Below, one piece after another: positions 40,888 to 49,256 of a stretch of DNA of 62,783 nt. Position 1 is the stretch's first letter, and each line of letters begins with the position of its first letter. The translations under genes and the position numbers were made by a program. This stretch comes from an uncultured Oscillospiraceae bacterium (GTDB lineage: Bacteria; Bacillota; Clostridia; Oscillospirales; Ruminococcaceae). The stretch lies in contig URFD01000001.1 of the NCBI GenBank assembly GCA_900547015.1, positions 1-62,783 on the forward strand, written 5' to 3'. Under the pieces are notes generated by a model, which made no database searches, had not been told where the DNA came from, and saw nothing but the letters and a program-made list of their open reading frames with translations.

Positions 40888-41260
40888 GAAAATCTACCCG
40901 CTTCGATTCAGGTCGTTTTTTCCCTCATTTCCGGGATTCTTTCTTTATCGCTGAACATTTTGCTTAAAATATTCTGCCACACCCTCGGATATTTTATGCA
41001 CATCCTCCTAATTTATCCGTCATTTTATAAATCCAGTAATTTTACCAAAAAATCAACATTCTTCCTCGATTAAAATTGTCTGGATTTTACCAATTTTTTT
41101 GAAAATTTTCTCTTTCCTTTGCACCTGTCAAAATTCGCATAAATAAGCCATTTTTCCGTTTTTTGCAAAAGAAAAGGAACGGTTTTGTCTGAACCGTTCC
41201 TTTTCTTTTTATGAGAATAGAGTTGGGAGCTCTGATGTCGCTTTCTGTTATTCTTTTGCC

Positions 41261-41785
41261 TTAGTGCTGTTCGCCCAGCAGCTTCTGCTTCAGGGATGCA
41301 CGGTCTACTGCCAGTGCCATCACGCTAAACAGGACAGCGCTGCCTGCGGACTGGATCAGGTTTGGTCCCATACTTGCCAGAGCTGCAACCCAGTTGCCGT
41401 ACATGATCGCTTCTGCCACATAATAGCCGACAATCGAAACAACACCTGCGCCAAACATCGCGATGATATTGCGGCGGTTGAGCATCTTGTCGCCCTTATT
41501 CGTAAACCACAGAGCGGTCAGAGGCTTGATGATCATGGTTGGGATCGCCCAGATTGCGGAGCCGGACATGATATCTGCCAGACCGCCGCCGAGAGCTGCC
41601 GCTGCACAGGCATAAGGAGCAGGCAGGAAGCTGCCGGCCAAATAGATGAAGGCATCACCCAAATGGATGTAGCCGGTCACGCCGGTCGGGATATGGAACA
41701 GATAGGTGATGGTCAGTGCGATGATTGCCGCAAACATCGCGCTCAATACCAGGTATCTCTGTTTTTCATGCATCTGTGTTTTCAT
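41261..41785 (-). CDS. ECF transporter S component (TIGR04002-like, probably for B6 vitamers)
   Basis: HIPTG..GYIHLGDAFIYL, W..PT.IIK; co-oriented directly downstream of pdxK. Confidence 0.8.
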   Translation of the reverse strand: MKTQMHEKQRYLVLSAMFAAIIALTITYLFHIPTGVTGYIHLGDAFIYLAGSFLPAPYACAAAALGGGLADIMSGSAIWAIPTMIIKPLTALWFTNKGDKMLNRRNIIAMFGAGVVSIVGYYVAEAIMYGNWVAALASMGPNLIQSAGSAVLFSVMALAVDRASLKQKLLGEQH

Positions 41786-41804
41786 TTTATGTTCCTCCTT
41801 AAAA

Positions 41805-42638
41805 TCAATCCATCAGCAATTTCAGGTGATGCTCAAAGGCAATCCCCTCGTTTGGGTCGGTGCCGTCCGCCACAGCCTCTGCAATCGAGGCCTCCAGCAG
41901 CCGTGCCGCCCGTTCCAATGCGGTGTGGGCGCTCTCGCCGCGGACCATGCACCCGCAGACCACCGAGGATAAAATATCCCCCGTTCCGGAATATCCTCCT
42001 CCGATTCTCCGGTTTCCAACCAGAAATTCGCTGTCCTCTCCCGCATCATACCCGACGTTCCAGACCGTTTCTCCCTGTCCGATGCCGGTGATGATGACCG
42101 TTTTGGGGCCCAGCTCTGCCAGCTCTCTGGCATATTCCTTGGCTGTCTCCGGTGAAAGATTCTGCTGTCGTGCGTCCTTGCCCAGCAGCATCAGCGCTTC
42201 GGTCAGGTTCGGCGTGATGATGTCCGCCTGCTTGCACAGGCCGCGCATAGCGCACCGCATCTCCTCGTCAAATCCTCGGTAATACTCCCCGTTCTCTCCC
42301 AGCACCGGGTCCACTAAGACCAGCGTGTTCTCCCGGCGAAACCGCTCCAGAAACCCGGACACCCATTCCACCTGCTGCACACCGCTGAGATAGCCGGTAA
42401 AGATTCCGTCCAACCTCAAATCCATCCTCTGCCACTGGTCGGCGATCATCGGCAGATGTTCCGATAAATCCACCCCGACATAATGCTCGAACGATGTCTG
42501 ATTGCTCAGCACCGCGGTTGCCAGCGGGACCGCCTGCACACCGCAGACCGACAGAATTGGGATTGCCGCGGTCAGCGAACACTTGCCCAAGCCGGACAAA
42601 TCGTGAATTGCTGCCACCTTTGGCACTGCCATTCCCAT
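41805..42638 (-). CDS. pdxK: Pyridoxamine/pyridoxal kinase
   Basis: HDLSGLGKCSL, TGYL, VDPVLG, ITPNLTEA, SGTGDI. Confidence 0.88.
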   Translation of the reverse strand: MGMAVPKVAAIHDLSGLGKCSLTAAIPILSVCGVQAVPLATAVLSNQTSFEHYVGVDLSEHLPMIADQWQRMDLRLDGIFTGYLSGVQQVEWVSGFLERFRRENTLVLVDPVLGENGEYYRGFDEEMRCAMRGLCKQADIITPNLTEALMLLGKDARQQNLSPETAKEYARELAELGPKTVIITGIGQGETVWNVGYDAGEDSEFLVGNRRIGGGYSGTGDILSSVVCGCMVRGESAHTALERAARLLEASIAEAVADGTDPNEGIAFEHHLKLLMD

Positions 42639-42971
42639 TCCTCCAAACCTCGTTTTTCTGTCCTCTATTGTAAGTCATTTCCTCCGAAAAGAAAAGATTT
42701 CATTTCACCGCCTTCGTCCGCTCCGCTTTATCAGATTTATATAGATTCTACTGCTTTCATTCTCTATTTCTTGTCAGTTTCTGCCAAGCTTCCCCAATCC
42801 ATTTTATATCCGTAAAATAAAATCTGCGTGAAATACACCAGTTTTATCCATCACACACCCCTGTCACTTAGATAGTTTGCCGAAAGTGTTTTCCTCCTCC
42901 TTCGCGCCGTATTTCCCTCCCAGACGCACAAAAGCAGCGGAACCACCTCCGCTGCTTTTGCCGAACATCTT

Positions 42972-44036
42972 CTATTTTACCGTAATGTCACCCGATACAG
43001 TAGAAAATTCCGCTACGATTGCCGAGGACGGGTCGCTGCTCTCGCCGCACTCGTCCGCACCGCAAATCCGGCAGTTGCCCGAAACGCTTCGGCTCTTCGC
43101 CACCACCAGCTTGCGGCCCCGGCGATCCAGTGTCAGGCCGATGTCGCCGCTCTTACTGCCGCACCGGATGCGAGTAGCATACAGCTTGCCTTCGGTGTCT
43201 CCGCTGACCGTCTGGCTCTCCCAAAACTCCGCCTCCACCTCGCACAAGGAAAGGTCGCCGCTGGTCGATCTCACCTTGAGCTGACCTGCGCTCACCGCTT
43301 TCAGCGTCAGATCCCCGCTGGTGGTCTGGACGGTCAGACTGTCCGCCCGAACCGCCTCCATCTCAACATCCCCGCTGGTGGTCTGGACGGTCAGACTGTC
43401 CACCCGAACTGTCTCCATCTCGATGTCCCCGCTGGTGCTGCTCAGCAGCAGCTCCCTGCTTCCAAAACCACCCAGCTGCATATCGCCGCTGATGGTCTTG
43501 ATGGTCAGCGACTCCAACTGCTCCGGCACCTCCACCACCAGACAGAGATTCTCCTTGCTGTGTCCAATATTCATCAGCTGGGCAAGCAGTCCTCTGGACT
43601 GGTCCCGTTTCACCTTGCGCTCATAGGCGTAATAGCTGTCGCCTGCCATCCGCTCTTCCAGATAGGTTCCCTTGTCCTGTCCACCCTCCAGATAGACATG
43701 AAGCTGGTTGTCCGCCGAAGCCGAGAGCTTGACATCGATTGCCACCAGCGAAAGCTCCACCCTTCTGATTCCGCTGTACTGCTCCTGATACTCCGCCACC
43801 GCGGTATACTGTTCCAGCTCGTGGGCGCGGATATCCCGGTCGCCCATCATCTCCTGAATGTCCTGCAAGAGGGTTTCGATTTCTCCCAGCTCCTCGCAGA
43901 TTTCCTCCTCGGTGCGTCCTTCACGCAGACCGGTCTCAAAATGCTCCCGATAGTTGTCCAGAATCTCCTCGGCAAATTCCCGGCTGTAACCCTGAAGTGA
44001 TTCTTCCAGCTGTTTCATATATTCTTCTCTGGTCAT
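42972..44036 (-). CDS. DUF1700 + DUF4097 (beta-solenoid) protein
   Basis: MTREEY..YREHF..G..EEEI..ELG N-domain; repeated T.SGD motifs. Confidence 0.8.
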   Translation of the reverse strand: MTREEYMKQLEESLQGYSREFAEEILDNYREHFETGLREGRTEEEICEELGEIETLLQDIQEMMGDRDIRAHELEQYTAVAEYQEQYSGIRRVELSLVAIDVKLSASADNQLHVYLEGGQDKGTYLEERMAGDSYYAYERKVKRDQSRGLLAQLMNIGHSKENLCLVVEVPEQLESLTIKTISGDMQLGGFGSRELLLSSTSGDIEMETVRVDSLTVQTTSGDVEMEAVRADSLTVQTTSGDLTLKAVSAGQLKVRSTSGDLSLCEVEAEFWESQTVSGDTEGKLYATRIRCGSKSGDIGLTLDRRGRKLVVAKSRSVSGNCRICGADECGESSDPSSAIVAEFSTVSGDITVK

Positions 44037-44051
44037 AACTGCGTCCTCCTT

Positions 44052-44357
44052 TTAGCCAAGCAAGCGGTCTACCGCCTGTGTAAATTCCTTCCATTCCTGT
44101 CTGAGCTGCTGCTGATATTCCAAACCCTTCTGAGTCAGATGATAATACTTTCTGGCTGGGCGTCCGGGCACCTCCATCGAGTAGGTTTCAACCTGCTCCT
44201 CATCCTTCAGTCGTTTCAGGATGAGGTAGAGCGTCCCGGTCGAAAGCTCGATTTCCCGGGAAATTGCCTCAGTCAGCTCGTAGCCATACTGGTCCCCTTT
44301 GGTCAGCTGGGACAGCACGCACAGCTCCAACGCTCCTTTTTTAAACTGTGTGTTCAC
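44052..44357 (-). CDS. PadR-family transcriptional regulator
   Basis: QFKKGALELCVL, YGYEL, GTLY..LKRL, RKYY.LT..G; GTG start after GGAGG. Confidence 0.92.
   Translation of the reverse strand: MNTQFKKGALELCVLSQLTKGDQYGYELTEAISREIELSTGTLYLILKRLKDEEQVETYSMEVPGRPARKYYHLTQKGLEYQQQLRQEWKEFTQAVDRLLG
44251..44264. promoter_or_regulatory. Noc-binding site (NBS), intragenic
   Basis: Exact ATTTCCCGGGAAAT. Confidence 0.65.
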
Positions 44358-44515
44358 CGTTGTTCCTCCTTGCCTTATTTTGTTGTATTTATTATATCGC
44401 TTTATATTCTGTATTGCAATATATATTGTATCTAAATATATCATGTATCATATAGTAATTTTGCAAAAAAACAGCACCCCCGATACCTTGGTATCAGGGA
44501 TGCTCTCACATCTCT

Positions 44516-45358
44516 TTAAAAAGGGCCAAAGGGCTGTCGTTCTCTGAGCAGACGCTGCTGATACTTGACCGCCGCCATCGAGCCGATTTTCCGCAGCAGG
44601 ACACCATTCTGAAAGCCTCCGTACACCCCGATGATTGGGGTTCCCTGCACCAGCTTTCCTGCCAGTGCGGCACTGCACAGAGCATGGGCTGCCCGCCGTT
44701 TTGCTTCTTCCCGGCTGATGGACAGCGTCCCTCCCATCCGGATTTCCTGCGCCGTTCGGTCGGCGTCGGCAGCAGCGCAGCGGCGTTCCTGCTCCGGTCC
44801 CACCGCCGCACCAATGAGCAGCAGCTGATAGACCTGCTCCTGCGGCAGATGATACGGGAACCCAAAGCGCAGTGAGATTTCAAACAGGGTCTTTAAGACC
44901 GCTCCCAAAAAGATAGGCACATCGGGCAGGCCGATGCCTAATGCTCCCATCGCTCCGCCCTGCACCGTGGAAAAGACTAGATTGGCCGAAGCTCCCATCG
45001 CCGCCTCACAGCCCAGTCGGGTCAGCTCCCAGCCCGACAGCGGCTTTTTGGCAAAGGCTTCGTACCGTTCGAGCTTCCTTCGCTCGCCGCACATCCGCCC
45101 AATCAGACCGCTGCCCTTTTCCAGCACGAGGTCAAAGCTCCTCTCAAAGGCACGCTCCAACAGCTCTGCCGATTTTTCCACCGCGCGGGACTTTCCGCCG
45201 AGCCTTTCCCGAACCGGTGCTGCCAGCTCAGAAACCTTTCGTGCGGCAAGGGATGGCTCCTGCGGCTCCAACAGCCGCTGCTCCCTGTTTTCCAGCTTTT
45301 CGAGCCGTTTCTGCTGCACCCGCAGCTCGCGCCTTTGCTGACGGCTGGCTGATTCCAT
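44516..45358 (-). CDS. EcsC-family protein
   Basis: GALGIGLPDVPIF..EI..FGF.Y, KLVQG.PIIG..GG. Confidence 0.75.
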   Translation of the reverse strand: MESASRQQRRELRVQQKRLEKLENREQRLLEPQEPSLAARKVSELAAPVRERLGGKSRAVEKSAELLERAFERSFDLVLEKGSGLIGRMCGERRKLERYEAFAKKPLSGWELTRLGCEAAMGASANLVFSTVQGGAMGALGIGLPDVPIFLGAVLKTLFEISLRFGFPYHLPQEQVYQLLLIGAAVGPEQERRCAAADADRTAQEIRMGGTLSISREEAKRRAAHALCSAALAGKLVQGTPIIGVYGGFQNGVLLRKIGSMAAVKYQQRLLRERQPFGPF

Positions 45359-45378
45359 CTGCCTGCCCCCTTTCGAGC

Positions 45379-46629
45379 CTAGTTCTCGTTGAGAATGATA
45401 TAGTCCTGCACCCGATGACAGACCTTCAAATCCACATTGGCATCCAGATAGGTTCCGTCCTCGCGGTACTCCTCGGCATACACCCTGCCGTTCTGACGGA
45501 TTTCTCCAATCAGCGCGCTCTTGTCATAGGGGATCAGCAGGTGCAGATGTCGGTGGGTCTCCGGCAGATTCAGCACGATTTTTTCCAGCAGCTGATCCAG
45601 CCCCATGCCGGTCTTGGCGGAGATGGCAGCTGTACTCTTGTTCAAGGTCATCGGCAGCTCCGGCAGCTTGTCGCACTTGTTCAGTACAGTCAGCACCGGC
45701 ACCTTTTCCGCTCCCAGCTCCCGCAGCAGTCCGGTCGTGATTTCCAGCTGCTGGTCAAATTCCGGCGAGGAAACATCGCAGACATTCAGGATGAGGTTTG
45801 CATCCGCGGCCTCCTCCAAGGTGGAGTGAAACGCCTGCACCAGCTGATGGGGCAGACGGCTGACCAGACCAACGGTGTCGATTAACATAACCTTGCGGCC
45901 ATCGGGCAGGCTCAGCGCACGGGAGGTCGGGTCGAGGGTCGCAAACAGCATATCCTGCGCCAGCACACCTGCGTCGGTCAGGGTGTTGAGCAGGGTGGAC
46001 TTGCCCACGTTGGTGTAGCCGACGATTGCCACGCTGATGACATCGTCCTTTTTGCGGCGCTGACGCAGCAGACCGCGCCGTTTTTCCAGCGCCTCCAGCT
46101 CCTCCTCCAACGAGTGGATGCGGCGGCGGATGTGTCGGCGGTCGCTTTCCAGCTTGCTCTCACCCGGACCTCGGGTTCCGATGCCGCCGCCCAGACGGGA
46201 CAGGCTGGTTCCCAAGCCGCCCAACCGGGGCAGCCGGTATTTGAGCTGTGCCAGCTCGACCTGCAAGCGGCCCTCACTGGTCTTCGCACGCTGGGCAAAA
46301 ATATCCAAAATCAGGGTGGTGCGGTCGATGATGGCGGTGTCTACCACCTTCTCAATATTCTTCAGCTGGGCAGGCGCCAGCTCGTGGTCAAAAATCACCA
46401 GATCGATATTCTGGGCGCGGACAAAATCCGCCACCTCCTGCAAGCGCCCAGCGCCCATCAGGGTAGCCGGGTCCGGCTTTTCCTTCTTCTGGATGACCCG
46501 TCCCATCACCTGTGCGCCGGCAGACTTTGCCAGCTCCTCCAACTCGTCGATGGAGCGCTGCACATCAAATTCTCCGGTGTCCACCGCCGCCAGCAGGGCG
46601 GTCTGCTGCTGCTCTTTGTTCTCGTACAT
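45379..46629 (-). CDS. hflX: Ribosome-splitting GTPase HflX
   Basis: LILDIFAQRA, GGGIGTRGPGE, GYTNVGKST, LFATLDPT, DTVG, NKCD. Confidence 0.96.
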   Translation of the reverse strand: MYENKEQQQTALLAAVDTGEFDVQRSIDELEELAKSAGAQVMGRVIQKKEKPDPATLMGAGRLQEVADFVRAQNIDLVIFDHELAPAQLKNIEKVVDTAIIDRTTLILDIFAQRAKTSEGRLQVELAQLKYRLPRLGGLGTSLSRLGGGIGTRGPGESKLESDRRHIRRRIHSLEEELEALEKRRGLLRQRRKKDDVISVAIVGYTNVGKSTLLNTLTDAGVLAQDMLFATLDPTSRALSLPDGRKVMLIDTVGLVSRLPHQLVQAFHSTLEEAADANLILNVCDVSSPEFDQQLEITTGLLRELGAEKVPVLTVLNKCDKLPELPMTLNKSTAAISAKTGMGLDQLLEKIVLNLPETHRHLHLLIPYDKSALIGEIRQNGRVYAEEYREDGTYLDANVDLKVCHRVQDYIILNEN

Positions 46630-46703
46630 ATCCTGTTCCTTTCCGGGTGTGCGATATTTGCTTTCCTATCTTATGCGCCGCGCGGCAGAACGATGCCTCC
46701 GGG

Positions 46704-47243
46704 CTATTTCACTGCCTTGTCCATCGCCTTCACCAGCTGTGTGGACAGCTCGGAGGAGGCTTGCCGCGCCACCGAGATGATGGCATTCAGCCCGGTCTCC
46801 ACATCCTGTGCGGCACTCAGTCCGAAGTGATTGCGGCCTCGTGCCTTGGAATAGCGGCGGATCATCTTTTTCACCTGCTCGGTGCGCGCCTCATTAAACA
46901 GCTCGCCCGATGCCAGCTGAGCCAGCACCTCCGAACAGTCGTCCCGCAGCTGGCTGAGCTCCTCCATCGCCTGCTCGCGGAACCGTGCCACCACCTCACG
47001 CTCGTCGTGGGAGTCCAAAAACTTCATCTCGACAATGGAGGCCTCGCCTCCCATCTCCAGGATTTTCGCCGAAAGATATTTGAACTTGGTGTAGCTCTGG
47101 CGGTTATAGGGCAGCAGGGCAACCCCCTGTTTAAAATATTCCGCGCCATATTCCTTGAGCTTTCGCCAGACATAGACACGGTTTTTGGACGGATTGACCG
47201 GCACGCTGTATCCCAGCGCCAGCCAGCGGATTGGCTCTGCCAT
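46704..47243 (-). CDS. ChrB N-terminal-domain protein
   Basis: W..L.Y.VP..PS..RVYVWRKLK..GA..QGV..LP; own TTGAAA-N17-TAAAAT promoter at 47277-47305. Confidence 0.7.
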   Translation of the reverse strand: MAEPIRWLALGYSVPVNPSKNRVYVWRKLKEYGAEYFKQGVALLPYNRQSYTKFKYLSAKILEMGGEASIVEMKFLDSHDEREVVARFREQAMEELSQLRDDCSEVLAQLASGELFNEARTEQVKKMIRRYSKARGRNHFGLSAAQDVETGLNAIISVARQASSELSTQLVKAMDKAVK

Positions 47244-47442
47244 GGCAAGACCTCCTTTGCAACATCTATTACATTTATTTTACCCGTTCAGCCGCGATTT
47301 TTCAAGGGGGCCGCACAGGAAAAGCGCCGTCCGACGCCCTCCCCGTTCTTTTTGCAGTACCTTCCCCGTTTTTCCTGCAAATTTTCAGAAGGGATTTTGT
47401 CAGATTTTTCTCAATTTTTTCGTTTTTCCGATGATTTCAGCA

Positions 47443-47471
47443 TTGACATCGCCGTTCCAATGCGCTATAAT
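47443..47471 (+). promoter_or_regulatory. Perfect sigma-A promoter with no downstream CDS
   Basis: TTGACA-N17-TATAAT. Confidence 0.8.
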
Positions 47472-47477
47472 AATGAC

Positions 47478-47653
47478 AACGACAATGAGTTTTGCAAGTT
47501 GTCACATCGAAATCTCCAAAAAATCCTCCTGTTTTATTCTGACAGCTTCTCCTTTTTTACATAATCCTTCCAATATTCGTACAGGAAACTGGTTCCTGAA
47601 CACAACAAAATGCCCCCTTTTCGCACAGGGGGCATTTTGTTGTGTTTTCTTTT
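47478..47653 (+). ncRNA. Candidate small regulatory RNA (~175 nt)
   Basis: Lies between the orphan promoter and a strong terminator; no RBS-led ORF; four CU-rich anti-SD motifs. Confidence 0.55.
47599..47653. terminator. Strong, probably bidirectional terminator
   Basis: 20-bp stem AACACAACAAAATGCCCCCT/AGGGGGCATTTTGTTGTGTT + TTCTTTT. Confidence 0.85.
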
Positions 47654-49019
47654 ATTTGGTCAGTACACCGCCGGGCGTCTCCAGCAACAGCAGCAGCTGT
47701 TCCTCGGCCCCGGTGACACAGTTTCGATAGCACAGCACCCGGTCGCCGGTGGGCGAGGTGCAGACAAATTCATAGCAGAGCGTCTCCTTCTGCCCCGAGC
47801 TTGGGATGAGGGCAAGGCGCTGGCTCTGCACCTCCAGCATCGGGCTGAGCGATTGGGCTGCCTGCTCCGGGCCGATGGTAGGCTCAGGCAGGGTTCGCTC
47901 GCTGTGGTTGACCAGATACCCTCTGGCATCCATCCCGAGGATAGCTCCGTCCTCCAACGAGACCTCCACCTTGATGAGGTCGGGGTAGCACACCGCCTGC
48001 GCCTGCGGCTCAAAGTAGGCAAAGTTGAGGGTCATCACGCCGTTGTCGGTCTGGTAGTAGGTGTCCTTCATCGAGCGGTAGCCCTGCTGCTCCAAGAATT
48101 GCCGCGCTCGCTCTGCCGCCTGCTCATAGCTCAGTCGCTCGGTCAGCGTGTCGGGCTTATCGATGATGAGGTAGCACAGCCGTCCGCCCTGTCGGCTGAC
48201 CGCCGCCGAGACGCTGACTCCGTCATGAAAGACATAGCAAGGCAGGGCGGAATTTTCCTCCCGCAGCTCGGGCAGCTCCCTGCCCGCAGCACGCAGAGCG
48301 GTCTGTCGTGCCCGCTCCGTCGACACCTCCGGCTGACCCTGTACTGCTTGCGGGGTCTTTTCCAGCAGGTGGTCCGAAAACGGCCCGTCATAAATCAGCG
48401 TCGGGTAGCCCAGAAAGCCGTCCTCCACCTGCTTGAGGGCGCTGACCGGAGCCTCGCTGTCAGGAGCATCGGCACGGTCCATCCTCCGGTCAGCCTGAGA
48501 AAGCTCCTCCACCCGCAGTCTGCCACTTTGCAGCTCGCAGGCAATCTCATCCACCTGTTCGCTCAGTCGGTCGGCATACTCCCGAAGGGCGGCAAACTGG
48601 GTGCGTTCCTCCTCGGTCAGCTCCTCTCCGGCGGCAAATTTTCGGGAAAGATACATCGCATAGTCGCCTGCCTGCGACAGAAAACGGTTGGTATTTTCCA
48701 GCGTCAGGTCGGTGACCGGCAGGGTGGACAGGGCGGACTTCGCCTCGGCGGACTCCTTCCACATCTTGGAGGAAATCATCGACAGCTGCGGCGAGGTTCC
48801 GGCATACATCCCCTTGACCAAATCGGAGGAGAGGTTCGCCAGACTGTCTGAGGCTAGGTCTGCCGCCCGCTGATAGGTGCTCTGCAATGCGGCACGACAG
48901 GCGGTGAGCTTGAGGTAGCTGTCGCTTGCCCAGACCGCCAGTCCGGCAGACAGCACCAGCAGAAAGCCGATGACCAGCTTGGACGCAAGGGGAGCAAGGG
49001 GCGTTTCGTTCGAATTCAT
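47652..49019 (-). CDS. ypeB: Germination protein YpeB-like (PepSY domains)
   Basis: TM anchor, YQRA, LSTLP..FLSQAGDYA, YPTLIYDGPFSDHL, YPDLIKV.V.L.DG, LCYEF. Confidence 0.85.
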   Translation of the reverse strand: MNSNETPLAPLASKLVIGFLLVLSAGLAVWASDSYLKLTACRAALQSTYQRAADLASDSLANLSSDLVKGMYAGTSPQLSMISSKMWKESAEAKSALSTLPVTDLTLENTNRFLSQAGDYAMYLSRKFAAGEELTEEERTQFAALREYADRLSEQVDEIACELQSGRLRVEELSQADRRMDRADAPDSEAPVSALKQVEDGFLGYPTLIYDGPFSDHLLEKTPQAVQGQPEVSTERARQTALRAAGRELPELREENSALPCYVFHDGVSVSAAVSRQGGRLCYLIIDKPDTLTERLSYEQAAERARQFLEQQGYRSMKDTYYQTDNGVMTLNFAYFEPQAQAVCYPDLIKVEVSLEDGAILGMDARGYLVNHSERTLPEPTIGPEQAAQSLSPMLEVQSQRLALIPSSGQKETLCYEFVCTSPTGDRVLCYRNCVTGAEEQLLLLLETPGGVLTK

Positions 49020-49256
49020 AGGGAGGGTCCCTGCCTTTCTCTTTGATTTCTGCCTCTATTCTTGCCCAAAAGTGCAAGGATATTCCAAGCCGCAGGACGA
49101 AGGAAATCTTCCTCCGAAAAAAGCCTGCCGCCCCCTTTGTGCCAAAACCGCCTTTATGCTATAATATAGGAATGTTCGGGCCTTCTACCCGACCTTCACC
49201 TACCTCTCAATCATTCGAACCGTGTTCTTTTGTATAGACAGAAAGGAGATTTTCCT

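Noticed and set aside
47185..47730. 181-aa + strand ORF spanning the sRNA candidate
   Set aside because: No RBS, starts upstream of the promoter, runs through the terminator, and has non-protein-like composition.
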